IMG/VR virus record: IMGVR_UViG_3300005830_000045
Span: 1 to 64,000 of that record
Strand: one strand, 5' to 3'
From: a virus
Length of the DNA: 64,000 nucleotides
A program made the translations under genes and the position numbers. The notes under the pieces were generated by a model. That model was not told where the DNA came from and ran no database searches. It saw nothing but the letters and a program-made list of their open reading frames with translations. This document shows, one piece after another, positions 9,539 through 18,061 of this stretch (within the stretch, counting starts at the first letter, position 1; every line of letters starts with the position of its first letter).

Positions 9539-10036
9539 ATGATGTCGGTTGTAACGAAAGTTGAGCCTTTGAGCGGAAATGTGAATGGTGGCAACACCGT
9601 TTACACGACGCCAGAGGTTTTCGTTCCAGGCTCTGTTCGTTTGATTTGGAACGGAAACATCTATCAGGCTTCAGACACGAGACACGGATTCACAGAAACA
9701 GACACGAATGAAATCACAACGGTGCGTGCTCCCAGAACGGGTGACGTGCTTTTGGCAATATACCAGATAAACGCTGGCTCTGGCGTTTCTCCGTCTGACG
9801 AGTATGCCGATGGAGTTCAAGATTTATCAGAATTGACGGCAATACTACAAGCAGATAGAAAAGACAGACAAATACGTCTTGTTGAAGATGAGAATGCTTT
9901 GTACAGATTCGATGTGGGAGCAAGCATTGGCGGTATAGTACCAGGTGACGTGGATGACGGCCGTTGGTTCCGTATCGGCGACCAAATCCTAACTTTTGTT
10001 GGTTCTCCGTTTCACCCGTATGGCAGTTTGCCGTAG
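9539..10036 (+). CDS. Hypothetical virion protein
   Basis: 165 aa; FVPGSVRLIWNG..APRTGDVL..Y beta motif common in virion proteins. Confidence 0.5.
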   Translation: MMSVVTKVEPLSGNVNGGNTVYTTPEVFVPGSVRLIWNGNIYQASDTRHGFTETDTNEITTVRAPRTGDVLLAIYQINAGSGVSPSDEYADGVQDLSELTAILQADRKDRQIRLVEDENALYRFDVGASIGGIVPGDVDDGRWFRIGDQILTFVGSPFHPYGSLP

Positions 10037-10047
10037 GAGTCTTGAAG

Positions 10048-10482
10048 ATGCAGCCAGAAGAGAAAACAGTTACGCACGAAGTTGTGGTTCATAAGGCAAA
10101 TGTTTCGCTGATGAAAGGCGAATCTTTGCGTGATTACATTTCAAAAGTTTCCAACGCAGGCCGGCAACACCTCATGAAAAAGTTGAATCTCGGCAACAAA
10201 GTTGCCGTATATATGGTGGAAGCTTTCTCCGATGCCGCTGTCTTCAACGTCTACAGATACGACGACAACGCACAATCGGACAAAATAAATAGCTATTACG
10301 CTGTGCCTTACAAGCGAAAAGATGATGGAACTTTTGAAATGGGCGAAGCGACAGAGGTGATAAGCGTCACCCGGTTTGAACCCAAAAAGGTCCCAATCTC
10401 AAAATCTTCAGAGAAAACTTTCGGCAACGAAGTTTCAACCTGGAAAGAGACAGAAAAAAGCTTCTGGAAGGGTGCCCTTTAG
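10048..10482 (+). CDS. Hypothetical protein with scaffold-like C-terminus (EKSFWKGAL)
   Basis: AGGAG SD and ATG 10048; C-terminus resembles the scaffold's KKGFWTGVL. Confidence 0.65.
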   Translation: MQPEEKTVTHEVVVHKANVSLMKGESLRDYISKVSNAGRQHLMKKLNLGNKVAVYMVEAFSDAAVFNVYRYDDNAQSDKINSYYAVPYKRKDDGTFEMGEATEVISVTRFEPKKVPISKSSEKTFGNEVSTWKETEKSFWKGAL

Positions 10483-10490
10483 GAGGAACG

Positions 10491-11600
10491 ATGCCTGCCA
10501 TCGCACGTGAACAAGAGAACAGAATTGACCTGATCAATTGGTTCATTTCGATTGGTGGAGTGCTTACAGACGCCTATCAGGTTCAATATCGTATCTTTGA
10601 TATCTCTAGTGGACTTCCTGGAACTCAAATATTTCCAGTTACGCCTGGAGACTATGAAAACGTCACTACAGGGCCTGGCCACTTTTCCACTGGTTCGTAT
10701 TATGCCTATGATAACACAGCCGGCACGGGGTGGACGCCTCTGGTTACGGCAGTTGTAGGCACTCATCGAGTTGAATGGCGTTGGAAAGCAACGTCTTCAA
10801 GCCCATTCCAAGCAGGGTTTGAAGATTTCGAGGTCCTGAATTCATCTGTGGGTGGAACATCAGACGCCTATGTCACGGTTCAAGATATCAGAGATGCAGG
10901 CCTTTTGGAAGCGGATTATTCGGATGACAAGGTTCTTGCTTCCATTGAATTATGGCAAGCCATGCTTGAACGAATTTGTCGACAATGGTTCAATCCTCGT
11001 GTTCTCATTATCAACTTCGATGGAACGGATTCAGACACCTTACACCTTGGCGTTCCGATCATTGAAATCGAATACATCAAACTGAATAATGGCCCTGTTG
11101 CCTTGGACACGGACTATTATCGTGTGTACAACGCCAGGAGTTATCCGGATGACCGAAGAAATCCTCGAATAAAGTTGAGGAATTATCAAGAATATCAAGA
11201 TATATACACAGCTCCTTTGGTTTGGGGCGACCTAAGATTCAGAAAAGGCAGACAAAACCAAGAAGTCAAAGGCACTTTTGGCTTTGTGGAAGAAGATGGC
11301 CTCACACCGAAGCCAATAAAACGCGCCTTGCTCAAACTTGTAATCGAGAAGTTGACAAGACCTATTTATACAGCCCCAACGATAGCTCCAAAGTTGGCTC
11401 CGCCTCCATTGCTTGCTGGTTTGCTGACGGAAGAGTGGACAGATGGGCACAAACTAAAGTACACAGACACTTTCAAAGTGAAGGAACGTCGTGCAGTAGG
11501 TTTTTCTGGGGTGACCCAAGACCCTGAAATCATCGACATACTCAGGATGTATCGCGCACCTCTTGGTATCGCGACACCTGCACACCCGAGTCATAGCTGA
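10491..11600 (+). CDS. Head-tail adaptor/connector with N-terminal Ig-like domain
   Basis: AYVTVQDIR..LERICRQWF..GTFGF..PKPIKRALLKLV adaptor pattern. Confidence 0.7.
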   Translation: MPAIAREQENRIDLINWFISIGGVLTDAYQVQYRIFDISSGLPGTQIFPVTPGDYENVTTGPGHFSTGSYYAYDNTAGTGWTPLVTAVVGTHRVEWRWKATSSSPFQAGFEDFEVLNSSVGGTSDAYVTVQDIRDAGLLEADYSDDKVLASIELWQAMLERICRQWFNPRVLIINFDGTDSDTLHLGVPIIEIEYIKLNNGPVALDTDYYRVYNARSYPDDRRNPRIKLRNYQEYQDIYTAPLVWGDLRFRKGRQNQEVKGTFGFVEEDGLTPKPIKRALLKLVIEKLTRPIYTAPTIAPKLAPPPLLAGLLTEEWTDGHKLKYTDTFKVKERRAVGFSGVTQDPEIIDILRMYRAPLGIATPAHPSHS

Positions 11601-12010
11601 TGGCAATACCAAATTTATTGCACCCTGTTCCGGTTCAAATTAGCCAGACGGATGAATCCGAGACCATCTATGATGATGATATGCGCGAACCTGTCCAGCA
11701 GTGTGTGCGAGGTTCAACCGTAACAGTTTACGGGCAAGTGAAGTGGGGGATGGATCAGAAGTATAATTCAAGGCGTCAGGGCGTGGAAGAGGACAGCGAC
11801 GGATATGTTTTGTTCAGGTACGTTGATTTGAATGCCGCTGGAATAACGATTAAACGTGAAGATAGATTTCTGAAGTTGGGGAACATTGATGTTGATGTTT
11901 ACGTCACCGGATTGCGTCCAGAGGGACACTATTCCGATCAAGGTGGGCCTACATTGGTCAAAGCTTATTTCTCCGATAGGCAACCATCTCGTCAAACGAA
12001 AGGCGTGTAA
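11600..12010 (+). CDS. Head closure protein
   Basis: Position after the adaptor; YDDDMREP..GQV..GYVLFRY..IKREDR. Confidence 0.6.
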   Translation: MAIPNLLHPVPVQISQTDESETIYDDDMREPVQQCVRGSTVTVYGQVKWGMDQKYNSRRQGVEEDSDGYVLFRYVDLNAAGITIKREDRFLKLGNIDVDVYVTGLRPEGHYSDQGGPTLVKAYFSDRQPSRQTKGV

Positions 12011-12636
12011 TGGCCACTTCTTTCAAAATGGACAAGGGATGGAAGAAGTGGGAGTACGCAATTACACCTCGTGTTTTTGCCGCAAAGTTGAATCACAATA
12101 TGCGTCGTGCTACGGCGTTAAACGGAAAGATAGCAGAAGCCACGATAAGAAACACCATCAAAGCAGGCGTGGACCCAGCAAATGCAAATTTGACGATTAT
12201 GATCAAATCGAGCAGCAAGCCATTGGTTGATAAACCAGGAGGTCTTTTTCAAGCTGTGACTTCTGTTGTTGTGGATCATACGACGGTTTTTGCTGGTGTT
12301 CTTTCTACTGATGGCGATTATGATATTGCGATTGCTCTTCACGAAGGGGCAACTATTGCCGTGACTCCTCGTATGAGAGGGATGTTTTTCTGGCTTTGGC
12401 ACGCGAGTGAAGGCAGAATCCAGCCGGTTGATCTTGATGGTAGGGCTGCTGAGCTTTGGGAACGTGCCCCTGGTGGATGGGTGCCGTTGAAAGAATCGAC
12501 AACTCATATAGTCATACCTTCAAGACCTTTTATTCAAAAAGCTTTTGCTGATAAAGAAATGAGAGAAAAAGCTAAACATAACTGGCAAATGGCTTTGCAA
12601 GTTACTATGCGTGAACTGGCAAAGGGCAGACAATGA
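12010..12636 (+). CDS. Neck/tail completion protein
   Basis: KSSSKPLVD..ALHEG..IPSRPFI motifs. Confidence 0.7.
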   Translation: MATSFKMDKGWKKWEYAITPRVFAAKLNHNMRRATALNGKIAEATIRNTIKAGVDPANANLTIMIKSSSKPLVDKPGGLFQAVTSVVVDHTTVFAGVLSTDGDYDIAIALHEGATIAVTPRMRGMFFWLWHASEGRIQPVDLDGRAAELWERAPGGWVPLKESTTHIVIPSRPFIQKAFADKEMREKAKHNWQMALQVTMRELAKGRQ

Positions 12637-13874
12637 GAACGATCAAGCTTATAAAAAACTTTGAGTTCCAAGAAAAGAACAGAGAAAGAATCACGCTTGG
12701 ACCAAATGTTCGTTTGGTGGCAAACGAGCACAAAGTTCAACTTAAAGATACAAATGGAGTTTATCCTATTGATCCTGATCTTTATGTAAAAACTTGGGTA
12801 GCAAACCCAATAAACGTAAAACAATGGCTTTTGTTTGAATCCGTAATTGCTCACTGGTATGACGATGATGGAAGCCCGATAACAAGTGACGGATATAGGC
12901 TTGGGGACGGAACAGATGAATATTGGTGGGACGGAGGAGATTGGGTTATCAACAACACGAGTTGGAACACAGAACAAGAAATTTGCGACAACATAAACAC
13001 TTTCCCTGTTTCTTCTTTGAAACTTCAAGTTATTGTGAATTTAGTTACAACCGATTCGGAATATACGCCAGTGCTTTATTCCGTCAAAGTTCTCTATTCT
13101 TCTTCAATTGAGTTCAAAGAAGATTTGATTTATCGCTCTTTGATTCCTGCCTTGAAAGAAGGGATAAGGCCAATTGCAGACTACCCTGTAAAGCTTTCCG
13201 CAGACAGCGATACTATTGATTTGAAAAACGACTTTCCGCTGAGAACTCCTTACAATGTTGTTGAAATTGATTCTGTTTTCGACAATAACTCTGATCCAAA
13301 TCACCTTTTAGACCTTTACAGTTCATATGATTATAACGCACAAGTAATTACGATGACAACAACTCTGTCTGCCGGAACTGTTGTATGGATCAAGCTTATT
13401 TATGAGCCTGAAGTCGCTATAACCACTAAAAGAACATACAATGAAATTGGAAAAGTTCCTGTCCTTGTTATTTCTGATTATAACAACATTTCATCAAAAG
13501 AAGGACAGGGATCAGAGACAGTAATGAATAAAGCTACAGGAGTTGGGACGAAAGTTCATGCGCCTTTGATGCTCGACATCGAGTTTGTGCTCAGATGTCT
13601 CACAGACAAAGCTCGTGACCAAGTACGGCTCACAGATATGGTCAAGAGCTATTTCAGGAGGAACCCAGTGCTTTGGTCCAAGGGATTGGACGAGCCATAT
13701 CGTTTGTGGCTTATAGATGAAATTGATCATCAAAATCCGTTGGGTGAAAGCGAAATCGACTCTGCAAGACTTAGGTTTCGCATAGCAAACGCGCTATTCT
13801 ACAATCGTGGAGACGAAGTTGCGTATGCTGTAAAACGCTTTGTCGTACAGGGACCACCAAACTTGATAGTGTGA
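12633..13874 (+). CDS. Putative tail terminator with N-terminal extension
   Basis: Immediately before the sheath; C-terminal P.MLDIEFVL....KARDQ pattern. Confidence 0.5.
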   Translation: MRTIKLIKNFEFQEKNRERITLGPNVRLVANEHKVQLKDTNGVYPIDPDLYVKTWVANPINVKQWLLFESVIAHWYDDDGSPITSDGYRLGDGTDEYWWDGGDWVINNTSWNTEQEICDNINTFPVSSLKLQVIVNLVTTDSEYTPVLYSVKVLYSSSIEFKEDLIYRSLIPALKEGIRPIADYPVKLSADSDTIDLKNDFPLRTPYNVVEIDSVFDNNSDPNHLLDLYSSYDYNAQVITMTTTLSAGTVVWIKLIYEPEVAITTKRTYNEIGKVPVLVISDYNNISSKEGQGSETVMNKATGVGTKVHAPLMLDIEFVLRCLTDKARDQVRLTDMVKSYFRRNPVLWSKGLDEPYRLWLIDEIDHQNPLGESEIDSARLRFRIANALFYNRGDEVAYAVKRFVVQGPPNLIV

Positions 13875-13891
13875 GCTGAAGGAGTTTGAAA

Positions 13892-16216
13892 ATGGCACAA
13901 AGAAGGTTTGGCCCCACCCGTGGCGCGGGTGTGGTTACCATCGAAAAAGAAGGTGAAAAAACCATTGAACCGGCTGCACTAGGTTGGGCTGGTTATGCTG
14001 GTGTTTTCGAGAAAGGTCCTGTGGGCGAATTGAGCATTTGCCCGAATAGAACCACTTTCTTTCGCAGACACGGAAGCTACATTGATGACGGCCTTGCTCC
14101 GGATTGCGCGCAAAATTTCTACGATATTGCAGCTGGAGCTGGCGGGTTGCTTATCGTTCGCGTTACAGACGGAAATGAAGAACAAGCGGAGCGAACACTT
14201 TATCAAAGAAAAGTTGAAGGATCAGGCGCATCAGCTGAGCCTTGGCTTGTTCCTATGGGCAAGGTAAAAGCCAAAAACGGTGGTCGTTGGGGCGGAAAAG
14301 AACGTTTCTATACGAATGAGATGGCTTTGATTGGTGACCTTGGCGAAATTACGCTTGACACCGGTGTCACGACAAAAACGGACATCTGGAAAGGCGGATA
14401 TGTCGAGTTGAGCGCTGTAGCGAATAAACGCTATACGATCACAGGGAATACGGCGGCAGGTGTTATTACCGTGGAAGCAGACGAAACAATGCTTACAGAC
14501 CACGGTGGCGGCGCTGATCTTCGTTATTACCTTGTCCTTGAAAACGATGGAAAAGAAGTCACTTTCACAATTGAAGATGGAGAGGATAATCCATCAACTG
14601 AATTTGCTCTTAACGTTTTTGTTGACGGAGAACTTTTCAAAAAGTATTCAAATCTGAATACCAATCCCACGAGCGCCAATTACTGGGTCAGCGTTATCAA
14701 TAACGACGATACAAACGATCAGGTTGAAGTTGAAGACCTTGTGACGGGAGGCCACACAGCGGCAACCAGACCAGCAAACCTTTATGGGGTGATTGATACC
14801 GTAACTGAAACGGTTCTCACAGCCAGAATCAGCAACTTTGACATCAACTCTGTTGGCGGTGGAGACCCAACTTTTGCGCTTGGAACGACAACGGATGATT
14901 ACAAGGCGCAAAGAATCACCATTACAATGGCAGACTCAACGACTGGTGCTGCCGTTTCTGACAAATATGGCGCTCTTGGGACTGTGACTCTTGGAACGCT
15001 TTTTGATCCACCTAACGCAGCTGGCGGAGCAAACTTGATCAAATGGGTCCCTCCTTTCACCGTAACAGCAGGAGGTACAGCGCTCGCAGCAGCCGATACG
15101 CTTGTGATCGACTACATTCCGATGATTGCCGATCAGCTCATTGGTGGTCTCTTGTATCCGGATAAGCCAAACGCTTCTTTGTCCAAGTTCAGAATCGTGG
15201 ACAACGATCACAAAACAATCACAGTTGCAACAGGCTCTGATCTCACGACAAATGGTGCTGCAAACGATGAATTCATGGTCGTTGCTCTGCTTCCACTTGC
15301 TGGAGGTGTAGATGGAAATGCAGATTTAGTCGATGCAGATTACACCTCGCAAGCTTGGGATGTGGACGCATCACCTTTCAATCGAACAGCAGATAAAAAC
15401 CTTGGCCTGATCAAATTTGCTACTCCTGGAATCACGGCCACAGCCGTTCAAAAAGCAGGGCAAGCGTACGCAGAAGCAAAGAATCACCAATACAGATATG
15501 AAATTCTCAAATCAATTACGACAGAAACTGGCGCTCAGTCCTATGTGAATGATACACTTGGAAGGTCAGACTTTGTGGTTGCAAGCTTCCCTTCGTATGG
15601 CTCTGTCGCTGATCCAGAAGCGAATAACAGCGGCAAACTCAAAGAGGTTCCTCTCACTGGCATGATCCACGGTCGTGAAGCACGTATTGCAGCAGATTAC
15701 AACGGATATCACAAGGCGCAAGCCGGAAATGATGCGACACTTCCAGCTGTTCTCAAGATTCCAACAGGTGATGCTGTTCTTGACGGAGAAATCCTTAACC
15801 CAGTTGGTCTTTCAATTATCAAGAAAAAGAAAGGCAACTTTGTTATTTGGGGTGACCGCACTTTGTACCGCGATTCAACTTGGAAGTGGAAGCACCAACG
15901 CGAGCAAATGAGTTATTATGAGCAGACGCTTCAAGAGAACTTTGATTGGATTGTTTTCGCGATCAACGACCCTGAAAACGACAAACAAGCGCTTGTCACC
16001 ATGAGGTCTTTCTTCCGGCCTGAGTGGGTCAAAAGAGCAATTCGAGGCAATTCGCTTGACGATGCAGCAATCATAAAGATTGACGCCGAAAACAACACAG
16101 ATGCAACGAGAAGTGCTGGTGATGCTTATGCGGATATTGCGTTGAGACTTGCCGACACCGTTGAAAGATTCATCATCCGTATCGGGAAACAAGGAATATT
16201 TGAATCTGTGGGCTAA
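13892..16216 (+). CDS. Tail sheath protein
   Basis: GVVTIE..GVFEKGPV; NGGRWG; IWGDRTL; DWIVFAIND; ERFIIRI. Confidence 0.92.
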   Translation: MAQRRFGPTRGAGVVTIEKEGEKTIEPAALGWAGYAGVFEKGPVGELSICPNRTTFFRRHGSYIDDGLAPDCAQNFYDIAAGAGGLLIVRVTDGNEEQAERTLYQRKVEGSGASAEPWLVPMGKVKAKNGGRWGGKERFYTNEMALIGDLGEITLDTGVTTKTDIWKGGYVELSAVANKRYTITGNTAAGVITVEADETMLTDHGGGADLRYYLVLENDGKEVTFTIEDGEDNPSTEFALNVFVDGELFKKYSNLNTNPTSANYWVSVINNDDTNDQVEVEDLVTGGHTAATRPANLYGVIDTVTETVLTARISNFDINSVGGGDPTFALGTTTDDYKAQRITITMADSTTGAAVSDKYGALGTVTLGTLFDPPNAAGGANLIKWVPPFTVTAGGTALAAADTLVIDYIPMIADQLIGGLLYPDKPNASLSKFRIVDNDHKTITVATGSDLTTNGAANDEFMVVALLPLAGGVDGNADLVDADYTSQAWDVDASPFNRTADKNLGLIKFATPGITATAVQKAGQAYAEAKNHQYRYEILKSITTETGAQSYVNDTLGRSDFVVASFPSYGSVADPEANNSGKLKEVPLTGMIHGREARIAADYNGYHKAQAGNDATLPAVLKIPTGDAVLDGEILNPVGLSIIKKKKGNFVIWGDRTLYRDSTWKWKHQREQMSYYEQTLQENFDWIVFAINDPENDKQALVTMRSFFRPEWVKRAIRGNSLDDAAIIKIDAENNTDATRSAGDAYADIALRLADTVERFIIRIGKQGIFESVG

Positions 16217-16263
16217 GTCTTTGGCCTCGATTTGATTAGGCTTGGAGGACAAGGAGTAATAAG

Positions 16264-16494
16264 ATGGCAACAAGAATAACAGAAAGATTTGGCGACGGTG
16301 GTGGCAACATTACCAAGTCGCATGGCGGAGAAGCAACGTTGTCCGATGCGCTCCGTGACGGAATTGATGATGTGGCGGAGCTGAGAACGCAGCTCATCGC
16401 TTTGCTCGCGAAACTGGATGCGGATGCAGGCGTGACAGATACTGATTACGCTTCCACGTTGACTCCAGCGGCGCAAACACTTACAAAGGGTTGA
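16264..16494 (+). CDS. Small fibre/collar-like protein
   Basis: AGGAG SD; DVAELRTQLIALLAKLD coiled-coil motif. Confidence 0.55.
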   Translation: MATRITERFGDGGGNITKSHGGEATLSDALRDGIDDVAELRTQLIALLAKLDADAGVTDTDYASTLTPAAQTLTKG

Positions 16495-16541
16495 TCCATC
16501 ACGCTCATATTGGGGCTCAACCTAAGCAGGAGGAATAGCAC

Positions 16542-16979
16542 ATGAAGGGCGTGATTGAAGAAGGGCATATCCCTGTAAACAATTGGCAGCTCATCATCTT
16601 GGGCGGTCCACTTCTTACAATTACAGAGCAATCTGGAATTGAAGATGAATTAGAAACGACGGAATTGCCAGACCGCACCGTTGTTTCTGGCGGAAACAGA
16701 AAAGCCATCGAGTTTGACATCACGATGCCGGAACACCACACCGTGGAACAAGTTTTCATGGAGAGTTGGTTCAAAGAGTCACAAGACCCTGTAAGCCCAA
16801 CGTACAAGAAAATAGGGACAATGATCAGCTACGACATCAACGGAAACGTTGCTCGCACTATGAGCTTGATCGGGGCATTTCCAAAAAAGCGAGTTCAATC
16901 AGACCGCGAAATGGCAAATGAAGGCGAAATGGCCACAGTGACGTGGACCATCAGCGTCGATGATGTAGAGCCAATCTAA
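16542..16979 (+). CDS. Tail tube protein (T4 gp19-like)
   Basis: 145 aa after the sheath; SGIE.E.E..ELPD..SWF..YKKIGT..GAFP. Confidence 0.8.
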   Translation: MKGVIEEGHIPVNNWQLIILGGPLLTITEQSGIEDELETTELPDRTVVSGGNRKAIEFDITMPEHHTVEQVFMESWFKESQDPVSPTYKKIGTMISYDINGNVARTMSLIGAFPKKRVQSDREMANEGEMATVTWTISVDDVEPI

Positions 16980-17033
16980 ATAAAAGAACACGGTTGGGCC
17001 TGACAAAGGTTCCAAACTAATTGGAGGTGAACC

Positions 17034-17846
17034 GTGGAAGAAAAGAAAGAAAAGATTCAGACCATCAAAGAAAGAGGTGCACTCTTACCTCTTGGCATCC
17101 AGGACAAAAGCGGCAAACTTCACAGGGATATATCTGTCCGTCGTTGGCGTATGAAAGAAGAAAGAGAACTTGGCGAGTTACGAGACAGGCACAAAGACGC
17201 AAACCTCGCAACATACGTTTCGATGATTCTTGCAACAATGTGCACTCGCTTGGGGCCGCATGATTTCGAGAAAATGAAGTTTGAGGAACGTTGTCTCATT
17301 CTTAGCCAAATGTTCATGGGCGATGTTTTTTATGCTTATGTTTGGTTGAGAATAAATTGTCTCGGTCATTCCTTCCCTATTGAGTTCCAGCCGGCATGGT
17401 CGAACAAGCCTCTCAAAATCAAGGCAGACCTTTGGTCTGTTCAGGTGAAATCCGCTGAAAGCTACGAGTCATCTTGTTGGGCATACAAGCTCAATGACCC
17501 GTTTGAAATCAGAGGGAAGAAAGTTACAGGCTTCAGGCTTTCGCCTCAACGTTGGTCGTCCATGGAGCAACACAACGCTGTAGGCGCAGGTTCAAACCAA
17601 GGGCTTGCGAAGTTGATCATCATCAAATCTTCTATCATTGGATGCGAAGGGATTGACGGAGAAATCATGCTCACTGACAACGAATTGGATGAGCTCAGCA
17701 AGCTTGATCTCGAAAAGCTCACGACTTTGCTCGATCAGAACGTGCTTGGCCCGGTCATGGCCGTTGAAGGCGAGTATCGAGGTAGACCGTTTCGCGCCCC
17801 AATAGATTGGGGCTATGACAGTTTTTTCGGCATTTCTTCCGTGTAA
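17034..17846 (+). CDS. Tail assembly chaperone (short form)
   Basis: Between tube and tape measure; ends ..IDWGYDSFF with a slippery site. Confidence 0.7.
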   Translation: MEEKKEKIQTIKERGALLPLGIQDKSGKLHRDISVRRWRMKEERELGELRDRHKDANLATYVSMILATMCTRLGPHDFEKMKFEERCLILSQMFMGDVFYAYVWLRINCLGHSFPIEFQPAWSNKPLKIKADLWSVQVKSAESYESSCWAYKLNDPFEIRGKKVTGFRLSPQRWSSMEQHNAVGAGSNQGLAKLIIIKSSIIGCEGIDGEIMLTDNELDELSKLDLEKLTTLLDQNVLGPVMAVEGEYRGRPFRAPIDWGYDSFFGISSV

Positions 17847-18058
17847 AGGACACGGAAGAAATACGCGAAGAAGTTTTTGCTCTCACGTATTGCATGAAGG
17901 GGATGACTTACGGAGATTTAGAGAATATGTCAGCGCAAGACCGTCTTTGGTATCTGCAAAGATTGCACGATCAATTGAAAGCTGAAGCAGACGAAGTAAA
18001 AAGAACACAATCATCCGTGAGAGTCAAAAAACCTTCAAGAAGAGCAAAAAGGAGATAA
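17822..18058 (+). CDS. -1 frameshift extension of the tail assembly chaperone (gpGT-like); absent from the ORF track
   Basis: T TTT TTC heptamer at 17822-17828; the -1 frame is open to TAA 18056-18058 (..EEVFALTYCMKGMTYGDLENMSAQDRLWYLQRLHDQLKAE..). Confidence 0.75.
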   Translation, partial: FFRHFFRVKDTEEIREEVFALTYCMKGMTYGDLENMSAQDRLWYLQRLHDQLKAEADEVKRTQSSVRVKKPSRRAKRR

Positions 18059-18061
18059 AAG

